A stretch of 64,000 bases of DNA from Vitrella brassicaformis CCMP3155 (lineage: Eukaryota; Protista; Chromerida): positions 124,001-188,000 of the forward strand of contig CDMY01000759.1 in NCBI GenBank assembly GCA_001179505.1, written 5' to 3'. Positions within the stretch are counted from its first letter, which is position 1, and each line of letters opens with the position of its first letter. Both the position numbers and the translations under genes were made by a program. Of this stretch, positions 11,820-25,951 are shown piece by piece. The notes under the pieces are model-generated. The model saw nothing but the letters and a program-made list of their open reading frames with translations, searched no databases and was not told the origin of the DNA.

Positions 11820-12957
11820 GCCCGGTGGGTGCCCCTCTGACGCAGCGAGCCTCCCTCGTTGGGTGGGGTGGGTGTGTGGTTTAAAGGGGGGCGTGATTGA
11901 TGATGGGATGACTCGATAGGTGCAAAGCTACCATGCCATACCATGCCTGGACTGTGTGTCGAGTGACCATCGCTCGGCCATCGCTACACACCTTACTTGT
12001 GAGTCTCTTGGCGTGACTCTTTTGTGCTGGGCTAGGCCGGTCAGCCAGCCGTCCCAGCGCAAAGGAGTGGCGTCAGGTGAGGCGACAGACAGGTGGTTGG
12101 CAGCATGGACCGATGGATGACGATGATGATGATGAGTGTGAGAGAGAAGCGACTCCGGTCAGGTCAGGTCAGCCGGAGTTTGTACAGCCAGCCAGCCAGC
12201 CACACGATGCATTGCATGCATGGATCGGATCCACACTCACACCACACACCCCTCCCCCCCGTTGTTCACCGCCTTGCACGCACCCCACACCACACCACAG
12301 CCCGCACAGCAAGACAGCCAGCTGATGGTGGCTGGGGCGTGTGTCTGCCTGTCTGTCTGTCTGTCTGCCTCTTCCATCCCCTGCCTGTCTGTATTGGTTT
12401 TGTCCTGGTTTCAACAAAGTGACTTTTTTGTCGCCAGTGTGGATGGATGGCGGCTGCTGCTAGGTGAGGTGTCTGCCTGTGTTGTGTGCGTGGTTGCGAT
12501 TGTTGCGAGCGGCTTTTTCTGCCGCTGTGCCTCCCTCTCCCTCTCCCTCGTGAGGGTACATGACACAGGTGGTATGTTGAGACGAGACGCCCACGCGTGT
12601 TGTGTGTGTGTGTGTGTGCGTGTGAGGTCGTCTTCCCTTGCTCTCCTTCTTGTGCTGCCTACAGTGACCTCTTACTGCCCGTTTGCTGAATGAGTTTATG
12701 CAGGACGCCATGCCATGCCATTCTCTGATGGCCATGGCGAGCGCGTTGGATCGATCGATCGGTAGACAAATACACTCTACTACACGCACGCACACAGGTC
12801 GCGTGTACGCATCACATCACACCACACCACACACAGCCGACGCGCACACAAAATGCCCACCCACCCCACCGCACCGCACCCAAATGGTCCAACGAATCAA
12901 TCAAGATGGGACCAATTATATTGTCCATCAAGCACCATTAACCAAGCAATTAGGCGT

Positions 12958-15900
12958 CTAGGTAGCCATCACGGCAGCAGCTACGCCGGCCTCTTCCGAG
13001 CCCCCCTCGCTCACGGACAGCAGGTCCGCCATCGAGTAGTGCCTCAGAATCGGCCGCACGCCACCGAACCGGACGGAGTCGATGGCGGGGTGGTGCTGCG
13101 CAGACACACCCTTCTGCTTCCCGAGGTGCTCACCACCCATCGCCCCTCCCCCCTGCAGCACCTTCACTGTCCGCTGCGATGTCTCACCGCTGGCCTCGAG
13201 CAACAAGGGCTGCGATGCCGCCAAACCCCCGCCCCCACCGCTGTCATGCCCCTCTCTTGCCAGCTGGTCATACGACACGACCACTGCGACCCCCTCGCCC
13301 CCACCACTGCCACTGCCAGTGTTGTACGACTGCTGTGGCATGTGTCGCCTCACGCGGACGGCGTGTGTCAGCCAACCGCATATGCGACACTGGTAGCGAC
13401 GCCACGCAACGGGGGGTGAGCACGGTGCGACCATACGGGGGCTGCCCTGGTCTCGAGGCGTCTGGGTGGCGGGGAAGAACGAGGCCGCCCTAATGCGGGG
13501 CGAGACAGCAGCGGGCTGGGGGTGTGCAGGGGGGGCTGGGGTGGGGGTGGGGGTGAGGGAAGAGATCGGCTCGTCGCTCTCGATGGCCTCTGCATTGTGG
13601 TCGACTCCCCTTGACATGAATGGCAGCCCGTCAGCCCATACCGGCGGCCTCCATTGCTGAGTGACCGGGATGGAGGGGGGAAGAGCGATGAGCCAGTGCA
13701 GTGACTGCATGTCCTGCCCGTACTGCTCCTCAAACCACTCCACGAAGCTCTGACAGCTGCCCGCGTTCGGACACGCTGTGGATGGGGGAGACGGGGGCGA
13801 CGGTGAACATGCGCAGCTCAGCAGCTCCACGCTGTCGCTCATGCGATGGTATGGTGACGACTCCAATGGCTGGTCCCTCCTGGCCGCCCGCATAAGGGCC
13901 TCCCTGCTGACCCGGAACGTGCACGCGCCGCAGTAGCACGCAACGAGGCAGGTCTTGCCGCCGGCAGGCGCCCTCTCCTTGGCCCTTCTGCGGGCCTCGA
14001 CGCGCCTCCTCTGTATCAGACGGTCCAGTGCGATCAACGTGTGCACCTGCCTGGGGTGAAGAGCTGGCAGCGGCACCTGACAGAGAACGAGCAGACCAGA
14101 GAGTAATGGGGGGTAGTGCCGCCCACCCCACCGCACCCCACCCCACCCTACCCTACCCCACCCACCTGTGAGTTGAGGAGGCATGTTGCCCTGAAGGCAT
14201 CCAACTCGAAGCCTCCCATCAACAGGCCCAGCAACGCCAGCAGCCCGGGGAATCGGCGCGGCGGACACGACACCAGCGGCGGCTGCGTGACGGATGGCAG
14301 ACCGCCCCCACCCCCACTCATGGCCGACCCTGACGATACACGCCTTGCCTGGGCGTTCTCCTCATCCAGCACCACCACCGTCCCACCCTGCACCGACGCC
14401 GCGCGCAGAAAGTCCGCCAGCACGGGCATGCACCGGATCAGGAAATGCGCGTCCCTGCTCGATGATGACGATCCGCCCGATCGCTCCTGCTCCTCGGGTG
14501 GGCGGGGGACGGTGTCCTCATTGAGACGCAGCACGTCCACAGTCAGGGGCAGCCCGCGCAGTGGCGCCGCGTCCTTGGCCCGGAAGTCCACCAGGTGAGT
14601 GGACTGCACGCCCCGCCTCGCCAGATCGACCCACTCAACCGCCGCCTCGTCAAGTTCGCCAGCGTCCCACTGCTGCTGCTGCTGCTGCTGGTTGGACTGT
14701 GTGGGCGCCCACCAGAAGAGGTCTTCGAGAATCTGCACCAGTGGCGGGTGCGGCAGACGTGACAGCTCCTGCATGCCCTCCCTCCTTGCAGCCATGGGGC
14801 TGTCTCCGGCCGATCCCGACAGCATGGACAGATGGCTGCCCTGCCGCCCACCAGCGTCGTTGATCGACAGCGGAGTTGTGAATGGCGACGGCTGGGCGTG
14901 TATGTGGGCGTGCAGCGAGTCCGCGAGGGAGGGCAGCCGCAGCTGCGTGGCTTTGGCTGTGGATGGGTCGGCGTAGAGCAGCAGAGCGCGGGCGAAGACC
15001 TTCTCAAATCGGTGGAGGATCATCTCGACGGAGGGGCGCTTGTTGGGGTCGCGGACCAGCATGAACCGCAGGAACTGAAGCAGGTCGGGGTTGCTGCGCA
15101 GACGCTGTCACACCCAACACACACACGAACACACGACCCATATTGAATTGCAGAGCACAGCACCCACACAGGCTTCCGGCCCTCCCCACCCCCCACACAG
15201 ACCTGCTGGTTCTCAGGCGAGATAAGGTCTAGTGGCCCCTCCTCCTTGGTGATCCTCACGAAGAAGTACGCAAAGTCCTCCTCGAAGAGGAACCGCCCCG
15301 TGAGTAGCTCAAACAGGAGGCAGCCGAGCGACCAGACGTCGGAGGGCAGGCTGGAGCCGACCTTGCGTCTTCGATCGTACGCGACGCCCTCCTTCTTGCT
15401 CAGCTGGTGGATGAGGATCATCTCGGGCGACTTGATGAACTCGGTGCCCCTGTTCTGGATGCAGTAGCTGTCCGCCTCGTCGGCCATGATACGCGACTCC
15501 CCTGATCCCACACAGACAAACATACACAGACAGACGCAGGCAGGGGAATGACGACACAACCGTTCGTCTGGGCAGCGCAGCGTAGCGTGTGATACGATTA
15601 CTTACCGAAATCGGCGAGGGCGACCATTGGCACAGCGAGGTAGACGTCCTCCCCCTGTTGCTGGCCATCATCACCTCCCTGCGTGTGTGGCCCGGTCGCA
15701 CTGGGCCCGTCGAGCAATATGTACACCTGTCGGTCCGCTCCCGTGTCGACCATGATGTTGTCGCACTTGAGGTCGTAATGCACCACACCCCGGGCGTGCA
15801 GCTGCCCAATCGCCGTCAGGATCTGCCCGAAGATGGCCAGCAGCGTCGGCAGGTGCTCCAGGGGCACCCTGTCCCGCTCCGCATCCTCCCCTGCCCTCTC

Positions 15901-18900
15901 GCTCTCCCTCTCTCCCTGCCCCTGCACCAGTCGGTTGCGCCATTTCTTGAGGGTGCTCGGGTAGAAGCGCATGATAATGACGTAATGCAGGGGCGGAGGC
16001 GATGGGTGCGGGCCCGACGGGCTGGTGCACTCGGGCTGGTAAGGGCCTGGTGGTGGGTCGGGGGAGGCCGCAGACGTGTCGCTGAGCTCCAGGCCGTAGT
16101 CGAATATCTCGCACACGTGGGCGGCGGCGAGCCGGAACTCGTCGAGACACGCCACCTCGTGGAAGACACTGAACAGGGTGCACTGGTCCTGTATGCCGAC
16201 AGGGACGCTGATCTGCTTGACGGCGACCATGGGGGCGGCCTCGAAGGGCGTGGTGCAGCGGTACACCTGCCCGAAGGCCCCTGAGCCAAGCCTCTCCCAG
16301 CAGTCGAACAACCCCCGCCACCGCTGTGTGCCCTTGCTGAAGAGCAGCTTGAATAACCGGAAGACCTCGAATGCGAGGGCTGTGCGGCCGGCAGCCACCG
16401 TCCAGAGCAGCTGGAGCACCACGGACTCGTTCGCCTCGTGGTTGAGGTGCCGCTGCAGCACGAAGGGTGCGTTCTCCTTGTTCTGGGTCAGGGGGAACTG
16501 CGCGCAGTATCTCTCGTCCAGCAGGCCGCGCTTGTCGGTGAGGAGGAGGGTGAGCAGGCAGCCCAGCATGAGGGAGTGGATCTCGGGGTCGCTGTACAGC
16601 CGCCGGTACTCCCGGCCCTTGAAGTAGACCTCGTTCTCCAGGTACTCGTCTTGGATGTCCTCCCCCTCGCCCTTTGCCATCGCACTATCGGCAGCGGATG
16701 GGCTCACCAACGGGGGCGGGTGTGGTGCCGCTGGTGCTGGTGCTGGTGCTGCTGCTGGTGGTGGTGGTGCTGATATGGCGTATGTGTCTGTCGGGAGCAG
16801 GGGTGTGAAGGGCGATGGGGGCTCTGCCACCACAGGTGGGGGGAGCTGGGGAGATGCCGACGCTGACAATGCTGCTGACATGGCCGGATTGGGCGAGTAG
16901 ATGGGGTTGTTGGTGTGGTGCTGGTGCGCACCATCGCCCTCGTAAATGGGACCAGGCAGGTGGCCCAAATTCAGCTTGAACAGAGGGGGCTTCCTGCTCG
17001 CAGGGACCTGCCACACGGGCGGAGGGGGGCCCTCCCAGTCGCTGCTGCTGTCGCTGTCATGGTCATGATGAGAGCCGTCATACCTCCTGGCGCCTCTTTC
17101 TCTGTCTTCATCACTGCTGCTGCTGCTGTCGTGTGTGTGGGCGGGCTTGGGAGCGGCTGACGATGGTTGCGGCTGTTCGGAGCTCTTGGCCTCCATCTGG
17201 ATGGCGGCGTTGCGGATCTGAATGACCTCAGCCACCGAGTCGCCAGGAACGGCCTGGAGTGCAGTTGTGGACACATCCATGCCATGTAGGTGTCTTGATG
17301 GACGTTCGCATGCACCGCACCATCCATGTGAGAATGCACCTACCTCATAGGTGGGTCCGGGCAGCCCCCCCAACCTCAGCTTTGGCAGCACACGCACCGG
17401 GGGCGGCTTCGGTGCCACTGGCGGCCCCTCCTCTCCGTCATAGCTGCTGCTCTCGTCCGACGAGTCGCCACCATCGCCCCCGCCACTTCTGCCCTCCTCT
17501 CTGCTCTCGTCAGCAATCGGTGCTGCTGTTGCTGCTGGTAGTGGTGGTGGTGGGAGGGGAGGTGGCGGCTTCAGTGTGGGCGGCAGCTGCAGCTTGACCC
17601 CTCCTTGTAATGGTGGGAGGGTGGCAGCCAGGGGCTGCGCAGTGAGGGCGCTCTGCTGGCCGGAGAGCATCAGCGGGGCCGGCTGTGTGGCGGACAGGCC
17701 TAGGCCTCCGCGGGATGGCCGCATGGTGGGTAGGTTGTCCGAGTACCTGACAGACAGGAAGGGAAAAGTCGGATGGATCTGGATGCGCCTCATCCTATGT
17801 GTGTGTGTGCATGTGTGTGTGTGTGTGTGTGTGTCAAAAGGTTGCGTGCCGTGCCTGTGGTGGCTTGCGTCGATGTCTTGCTCGAAGTCCATCTGCGACA
17901 AGAGGAACTCCACCATACGCAATCGGTAGAACCTGACAGACACGACACGCAGGGGGAGAGGCAATAGATGTCAACAGTCAGTTGCGTGTGTGTGGGTGTG
18001 GCTGTGTGTGTGTGGCTGGTATATGTGTGGTGTGAATGGTCACCACTCTGAGGCTGGCTCGGTCTTGTTGCAGCTGATGGCGAACAGCACCTCCAGATGA
18101 GCCACACACTTGTCGCGACGACATTCATCCCACTGACACACACACACATAGACAACAGACGGACATCCATCCATCCATCCACTCAACCCCGCCCCCACCC
18201 TCTAATGGAAGATACCTCTTCTGGTGTGCTTGAGTAAAGTGCCATGAAGTCGACAAAATGCCACCTGATGTAGCGGCCGACGTGTGGCTCAGCAAGGAAC
18301 CGGTTGAGGGCACTGGGGATGCGGAAGAGGGCGGTCTCCGCGAGAAGCAGCTCCCGCGTCACCTTGCCGCTGATGTTAGGTGTGTCTTGTATGGCTGTGA
18401 TGAGCCCCGTGTTGGTGTTGAAGAGGAAGTCCAGCCACTGCAGGTACCTTGACGACCACTCCACCAACCTGATGACCGATCGCCGTACACATACCATACA
18501 CGACAGATACGTATATATGTGTGGCTTGGCTTCCTCGCATGTCTGTCTGTCTGCCTGTCTGTGTGAGGGCTGACTGACTTTCGTGTGGCCTTGAGGCGAT
18601 TGAGTCGCGGCAGCTCAGCGGGCAGCGGACCGAACAGGGCGCCCTTGTTGTGGGAGACGCCAACCGGCTTCCTCACTCCTCCCTTGCCCGTCTGCTCCAT
18701 ATTGACATCGCTTCCCCCTGCCGCCCTCTGCCACTTCCCCGCGCCCCTGGGCGAGAACAGCCGCATCGATAAACGCGGCGATGCGCGGCTGGTCTCTGCT
18801 GCTGTGGGTGGTGGAGCTACTGTTGTGGCTGGGGTCTGTTTGGTGGTGACTCGGCTGGTGGGCGGCCCATCCATCGCCTGCCATCGCCGTGAGAGGCGGC

Positions 18901-21900
18901 TGGAGGGCTGGGTGGAGAAATAGTGGGAGGGGAAGGTCAGCAGGGCCCGGTGGCTGCACTGGAGGAGGGAGCGGGTGAAGGACAGGAAGGCCGACCTGAG
19001 TGAGTCGAGGCTGGCGGCATTGTCTTCAGTATCACCGTGGGCCTCTCTCTCTGCCTCGCCGTAGAGAGCTCTGCCCACGTCGGCGAGGCACTCCATCACG
19101 CTCGGCCGCCGCACCTGCTGCGAGAGAGGCAGGGGGAGGTAGGCCTCTAGCTCGGTCTGCGCCGTACTGCCGTTGCTGTGCAGCCGGTGAGGTCCCTCAG
19201 GCAGCCCGCCCTTACGCACCACCAGCTTGCCCCCGCCGACAGTACCTCCACCACCAACGGCACCACTCAGTTCCTCCGTCTGCTCCCTCCCAGATGGGCT
19301 CTCGAGCGGCGAAGGGCTGCCGTCCTCTGCGGCAGACGAGGTGCGCTCCGTCATCTCCCCTCTCTCTCTCGGCAAGCGACGGGTGATGCCGCCCGTGTCA
19401 CATCTGTCGATCATAATGGAGTGGACGAGGGTGTACTGCATCTGGGGGCTGTTGTCAGCGAGCGACAGGAGGGCCGTGAAGGTCATGCAGAAGGCGCCCC
19501 ACAGCCGCAGGGAGAGCAGGGACCGCTGAAGTGAGACTGGCGCCCTCCAGAGGTCGGTGAGGTAGCCCTTGACATCCACGAGTGTCAGCCGCACACTGTG
19601 GAACGCCTCCTCCCCCTCGTGTGTGCCGGTGCCGGCGTTGGCGGGCATCGTGAGCAGACACATGTGCACCAGGTGCAGCGCGGCCACCAGCCGCCCCTGC
19701 AGCACTTCCTCCTTCTCGCTCGCCGTGAGGCACCTCCACAGCGTCGACACAAAGGCATCCTCAGGGATGGACAGCTCCAGGCCGATCAGGTGCAGCGCAC
19801 GGCGGCAGATGTCGTCCATCCCCTCTGCGTAAGTGAGCGCCTCCTGTGCGCCATCCCGCAGCATCTGGGGGGCGATGCGGCCGGCGATGAAGGAGGCCGC
19901 ACCTCTGGGGCTCGCCTGAGCCAGCCGAGACGACAGCGGCAGATGCGTGGTGGCGGAGGGGGACGCCTCGCCCTCCCGATCCTTGCCCCCAGCGGCACCC
20001 ACACGGTACCTCTCGCCGCTCTGCCGCCCTTTCCGCCGGCCAGAGAAGAAGCCGACCTTCCTCGCGCTGTGTCCGCCCTCCCTCTCCTCACCCACGTCAT
20101 CATGCGGGAGGGGGAAGGGGCTGCCCCCCTCCTGCCCGACGATGGTGGGCGAGGAACGGTCTGACCAGCTGACGGGGGGCGACGACTGCCGGTGCAACTG
20201 CATGTCCTGCACTCGGCTGGATGAGTGGTTGTGGGTCTGCAGTGGCAGTGGTGGCACGAATGGGCGGCGGCTGGCACTCCCGCCGTTGTCACGCGGCTGC
20301 TCGCGGTGGGGGTCTTCCTGTTGACGGGACGAGAGAATCCTTCTGGGCGAGAAGGGGCCGTACGGCTGGCGGTGCCCAGCTGCCGGCGACTCCCCGCCCT
20401 GGTGCGTCACGGCTGTGGGGCTGGCGATTGGGGCACGGCCGGTGGAGAGGGCTGACAGGGGGGTGTTGGGCTCACTGCTCGTCAGGTGCACACGCAGGTG
20501 GCTCAGCACCGCGTCGCAGTGGTGGACGGCACAGCGGAGGAGGAACTCAGAGGGCTGCGGTACAGGCGAGGCGGGTGGGTCTGATACGGGCCGCTTGGCC
20601 GGGCTCTTGACGGGCTGCCGCTTCTGTGACGCCTTGTTGGGCAGCAGGGGGGATGGTGCTTCGATGGGCCGTCTAGATGAAGGGTCGACCAGAGGGCCAC
20701 AGGGGCCGGCGATGCGGCTGAACACCGCCACATCAGCGGGAGGTGGTGGTGGTGGTGGACCACCAGTACTGGTTCCATTTCGCAGCAACGCCGTGGCCTG
20801 CACTTGGCTCGATGGCTGGTGATGCTGTTGAGACGGCCGCCACGGCAGGGGTGGTCTTGGAGTCACCGACCACCTGCTGGCCACCCAGTAGGTGTGCACC
20901 GCTGCGATCTGCATGATGGCGTCGGCCGTGAGGAGGTTGAGGCAAGTGCACACCTGTGCCACGGGCGGGGCTGCGGCCGGGGGCGGGTCGTCGGCCGACG
21001 ATTGCCGTACGGTCGGGGGCGCGATGGAGGCCATCAAAGAGCACGCGCAGGCGCACCGCTGCATCGAAGGTGAGGGGACGGTCTCCATCATCGTGATGAT
21101 GTCCCGCATCGACCGGATGATGGCCTCCACATCCATGTCGCCCTCCTTGCGTGACAGACACGCGCCGAGCTCCTCAATCGGCGATCCTCTGTCGGTCCGG
21201 TGGGGGCTCACGATGGTCTGCACTCGGTGTGATACCGCCTGTGCGTCGAGGATGTCGACCAGGCCGCCGTACGAGTATCCCGCCATGTCGCAGGAGCTCA
21301 CGAGCACCCCCATGACCTTGGTCATATCCAGCGCCTCCCCGAAGCACCCATCCACGTGCAGCAGGGCAGCCGACCGCTCCCCCTCCCTCTCCCTCTCCTT
21401 GCCCTGCTTGATGCCTGCTTCAATCGTCTGCCGGTAGATGCTGCACACGAGGCACAGCGACACCGCCACGGCCTCCCTCACGCGTATCGCCGTGACGAGC
21501 AGCACGCCCTCCTTCATCTCAGGCACCACACGAGGCGAGCACGCCGGGCTGGGCAGACCTCTCGCAGACATGTTGCCTGTGCGGGTGTCCGGCGGCCTGG
21601 GTGAGGCAAACGGCAGTGCCAGCCGTGGGAGGGCGGGCGAAGAGAACGCGCTGGGGATGGGCTTGCGCTCGGACAGAGGGGGCACGTCCAACCCCACCCT
21701 CGGCCCCTCGGCTGAGTCACCCTCACTGGCCTGGGGTGGTGGCGGCTGGGGAGGGGGCGCTGGCCATGGTGGTGAGTTGGTGAAGGCCGATTCGTACCTC
21801 GTCCGCCCAGTGAGTGCGATCGCTGCGGCCGTGTCTCGTCGGATGTCCTCCAGCTCCTTAAGCAGGCCATTGCCGTCACCCGGTGGACCCCCTGTGGGCG

Positions 21901-24900
21901 GAGGGCTGGCGGGGACTAGGGGGTCGTTAGGTGAGAGCAGGCCACCCTGCTTGGTCCGCCTCGCATGGAAGTGCTGCTGCAGCTGCGCCTCTTGCTGTAT
22001 GGTGGAGACGCCACTGAGGTCAGCTAAGAGGGTGGCCTGGCCAAGTAGAGTGGCGACGTAGTCAACCTCCTTGGTCACACTTATACGCTCGTGATAGGCC
22101 GACCTGAGAGTGTCCTGGCCGCTGAACGTGCGGGCGCTCTGCTGACGGCCGTGGAGCGGCATCTCCTCATCGGTCCCAGGAGACCCGCCCTTCTCACCCG
22201 CATAGTCACGCGCCGACATGCTTGTCTCGGGTGGCGGAGGGGGCAGCTCCCCAATCCCCATCATGCCCTCTGATGGGTGTGGGTGAGCCCCGGAGCTCTG
22301 CAGCCATCGCCGTCTGTCAGAGCGGCCGCCACTGGTGGCCGACGCAGACCCGCAACTTGTCTGCAGCCCCTCAAGCAGTCGCCGGCTGGGCCGCGACAGT
22401 GGGGGGTGTCGCGTGATGTGGCCCGCTATGTTGGTTGGGTACTGATGGGCCGACAAAGGAGGGGCTGTGGGAGAAAGGTGCGAGAAGGGCGACGAGTGGA
22501 CGCCCGGTGACGCTTCGGCCGATTCGCCCTCGATCGAGTGCGACGCGCTGAGGTTGAGTCTCGGAATCTGCACGGGCAGCCGCCTGGGTGCGTCGGGATG
22601 AATGGGAGAGGCCGTCTCATGCTCCTCGTCCTCCACCTCCACCTCTGCCTCCTCGTCGTCTTCATCGACAGTTCTCTCCGTCCGTGCCGTCCTGAGCTCC
22701 TCTCCCTCCCAGCCCTCATACTCAGCCGTACGCTGCTGCAGCTGCTGGTGCTGGGGGTGTGTGTCCTCAGTGTAGCTACTATCGACAACATGTGGGGCGC
22801 TGGAGGCGTGTGGCAATGCAGCGGAGGGAACCGAGAGGGACGGCTGTGGCGGCAGCTGGGTGGGGGCGTTTGGCTGCTGCTGTGAGGCGGCGGGCGGTCG
22901 GGCTGAGAGGGAGAAGGTGCGCGCTGACGACTGCACTGACGGGGACGACTTGCGTGGAGACCTGCACCCACAGCACCCACACAGCGACGCGCTTTGCTTG
23001 CAGAGCACTAGGCGCACATTGCGTGCGTCTCGTGTGTGTCGTCTGTCTCACTGCTGTGCGAAGAGTCCCCGTTTGGCGTCCCTCCTGGCCCTGTCGATCC
23101 GGTCGGTGACAGTGACGAGCTCAGACCACAGGAACCGCACGGCGTCGGGCTCGAAGGCGATGTACTCGGCAAATGTGCGGCTGTGACTGAAGAGAGGGAG
23201 GGAGGGAGAGATAGAGAGCGCACGCCATTGGGAAAGAATGTTGGAATGCTGTGGTGTATCTTATCGTGTGTGTTCCCTCCCTTACCCAATCATGATAGTG
23301 AGGGCGTTGAGGAGGCCCTCACAGTGCCGGTGCTGCACCAGATGCGCGTGACATAAACGCCATATCGTCCTGCAAAGAAAGCCGTATATACACACACACA
23401 CACACACACGCAGCAGCACACTCCCTATATGCCACATATATCACTCGCACGTTGCCCATTCCTTGGCCGCTTACGCAGGTTTCTCATGCGGCCGCCAGTC
23501 GCACAGCTCCGCCAGCAGGAAGGCCCCCAACAGCAAAGCGACCGACAAACCGCCCTCGTCCTCTTCCTCCCCCTCCCCTTGAGCACCATGACCATGCTCA
23601 CATCGACCGCTCTCCGGCTCCTGATCCCACACGCCAGCACCCCTCTTGTCGCTTATGGACCGCGAAGGCGCCTGCCGCGCACTCAGCGGTGTGCGCCGGC
23701 CCCTGTCCTTCCTCCGCGACAGCAGCTGACTCGGCAGGGACGGCCGCGGCTCTCGCGCAGACAGTGGGGGGTGGCGTGGAGTCACCGATGAGGACCCCAT
23801 CTCTGACGGCGTCTTGTTGGCCTCGCCGCAGAGGATGGGCAGCACGAAGGTCGGCACGATGTCCAGGTGCTTGCGCTCCAGCATCGTGGTGGTGCTGGTG
23901 TTGGGCGTGTCGGATGCACCTGCCCCACCGTCTTGCCTCTCCGCTGCCTGCAGCCGTCTCACTTGGACAATGAGGGCGGCGAGGGCCTGGAGCTTGAGGT
24001 TGACGGGGGCCTCCTGCCTGAGGTCGTGCAGTGTGGCTGCGAGGAAGTGGGGCGGCTGGGAGGGGCCCACTGACAGGGTGAGGGGGCTGCCGGGGGCGGC
24101 TGGGACGGTCTTGGTGCTCAGCTGACGATGTAAGCTCGCCGACAGGACTCCCTCGTCACCGCTGCTGGCCACATCGCCCCCCTGCTGGAGGTGAGAAGAG
24201 ATGGACAGACAGACAGACAGACAGACAGACGTGTGTGTGGATGGATGGATGGATGGATGTATGGATGTCTTGGTGCCGTCCGTTCTTACAGTATGAGAGT
24301 TGGGCAGTCTTGGCAGCGTGGTGGCGAACACATCCTCCGTCTCGTTCTCCGCACACACACTCATGCCCAGGAAACGCCGAAGCAGCTGCAGTGCGGCCGC
24401 GCACACACATAACACACACATAACACACACATACACACACAAAACATGAACCCATGTGCTCTGCCCCCTCCCCCTACCCGCTCAAAGTCCCATCTGTTGA
24501 GGTTGTGCTGGTAGTTGTCCTTGACCAGACACCGGTCGATGTCGAACAGCACGGCAACGTACACCTCAGACAGCAGACGGCGGTGGGCGATCAGCTCCGA
24601 GAAGTCCTCCTGACCCTCACGCGACTCATGTCGCTGGAAGGTCGTCCGCAATGACCGGCCTATCGACGTCAAGGAGCGGGAAATGCGCGGCGAGAGGGAG
24701 CGAAAACGACTCGACGCAGACGGGGACAGCCAACCGGGACGAGTAGTTGTTGTGGTGTGCTTGGCGGCCTCGCCTCCTCTCTCGTCGCGTGCGTTGACGG
24801 TGGTGGCCGTGGTCTTGTCGGCCGCCCTGGCGGGTCGCTCGTGTCTGTGGTGTGCTCTGCTCATGAGGAAGCCGCACTTGAAGGGCAGTATGACCAGCTC

Positions 24901-25689
24901 CCGCTTCTTGACCTCCTCCGCCACATTGACGCCGCGGAACGCACAGTCCAGAAAATGGGGCGCACGGACCAACGCCGACAGCCACCTCTGACACACACCA
25001 ACCACAGGCACAGCACAGACGTGCATCCATCCACCCACTGCTTCGCTTCGCACACATACGCGACGCGACGCACCTGTACAGTGGGCAGGAAGTCGAGGAT
25101 CTTGACAAGCGCCTGCCCCGTGCGGCCATCGGCCACCAGCCGCCAGGCCTGGCGGTCATCCGACCCCGACAGCGGCAGGGTGGGCACCACGGACGTGAGC
25201 GGGATGGAGAGGATCTTGTAGTGGATGGCGCTCTTGTGGTACTTGACGCACAGCCGCAGCGGGTAGAGGGGCCGCTTCTGGTAGGCGAAGGGCAGCGAGT
25301 ACCGACGGGAGGGCTCGCTCGTGTGGGTGAGGGACGAGAGGGAGGAGGGGGTCAGCAGCGATGGCACCGGTAGTGATGGCAGGTCGCCGCGGTGGGTCTT
25401 GCAGATCTTCTCGTCAACGTACAGGAAACAGGCGCCCACATCGCACGCCAGCCACTCCTCTGATCAGATCACACATACACACATACAGTGAATGAATTTC
25501 TGTCCACGCGATGGCCGCACAAGCACATGCATCACCAAACACGCGACTCCCCGGCCCGCCCCGTCCTGCGTGTGTGTTCTATGTTCCTCTCTTCTGTGTC
25601 GTACCTGCGTCGTATGCAGTGATGCAGTAGAGCTGCAGCTCCCGCCCCTGGCCCTCGGGAATGTACACCGTCACCACCTTCTTGTCCAT
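12958..25689 (-). CDS. Very large (roughly 3000+ aa) Ser/Thr protein kinase with C-terminal degenerate DSP-like domain and Cys-rich tail; start codon uncertain
   Basis: Kinase motifs GSGAFG, VAVK, HYDLKCDN, DFG (split by intron near 15510-15600), GTEFIKSPE, DVWSLGCLLFELLTG, RDPNKRPS; exons join in frame from about 25690 through a 4.4-kb exon (about 18580-22965) to stop at 12958. Confidence 0.85.
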
Positions 25690-25889
25690 CGGCAGCGACC
25701 CCGCCTGCGCGCCGCCCTCCTGCTGATCTGGCTGCAAGGGAAACATCCTCCTCACTGCCGCCGAGGTGATCAGTCACCGAATCCACTCGCTACGGAACTA
25801 ATTTGGCAGATGCGGCGGCTCCCCTGATAAGCATGAGCATGCTGACGGCTGTGAATCGCAGGCTGCACCTGTATTTTCTCCCCAGAAGG

Positions 25890-25897
25890 TGCGAGCT
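25890..25897 (+). promoter_or_regulatory. TGCGAGCT candidate cis-element
   Basis: About 55 bp upstream of calmodulin-like ATG 25952, between divergent genes. Confidence 0.4.
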
Positions 25898-25951
25898 CGG
25901 GAAAATGAGACTGGGGGCCTGGGGGCAGCTATCGCAGCTGCGGAGGTCACC

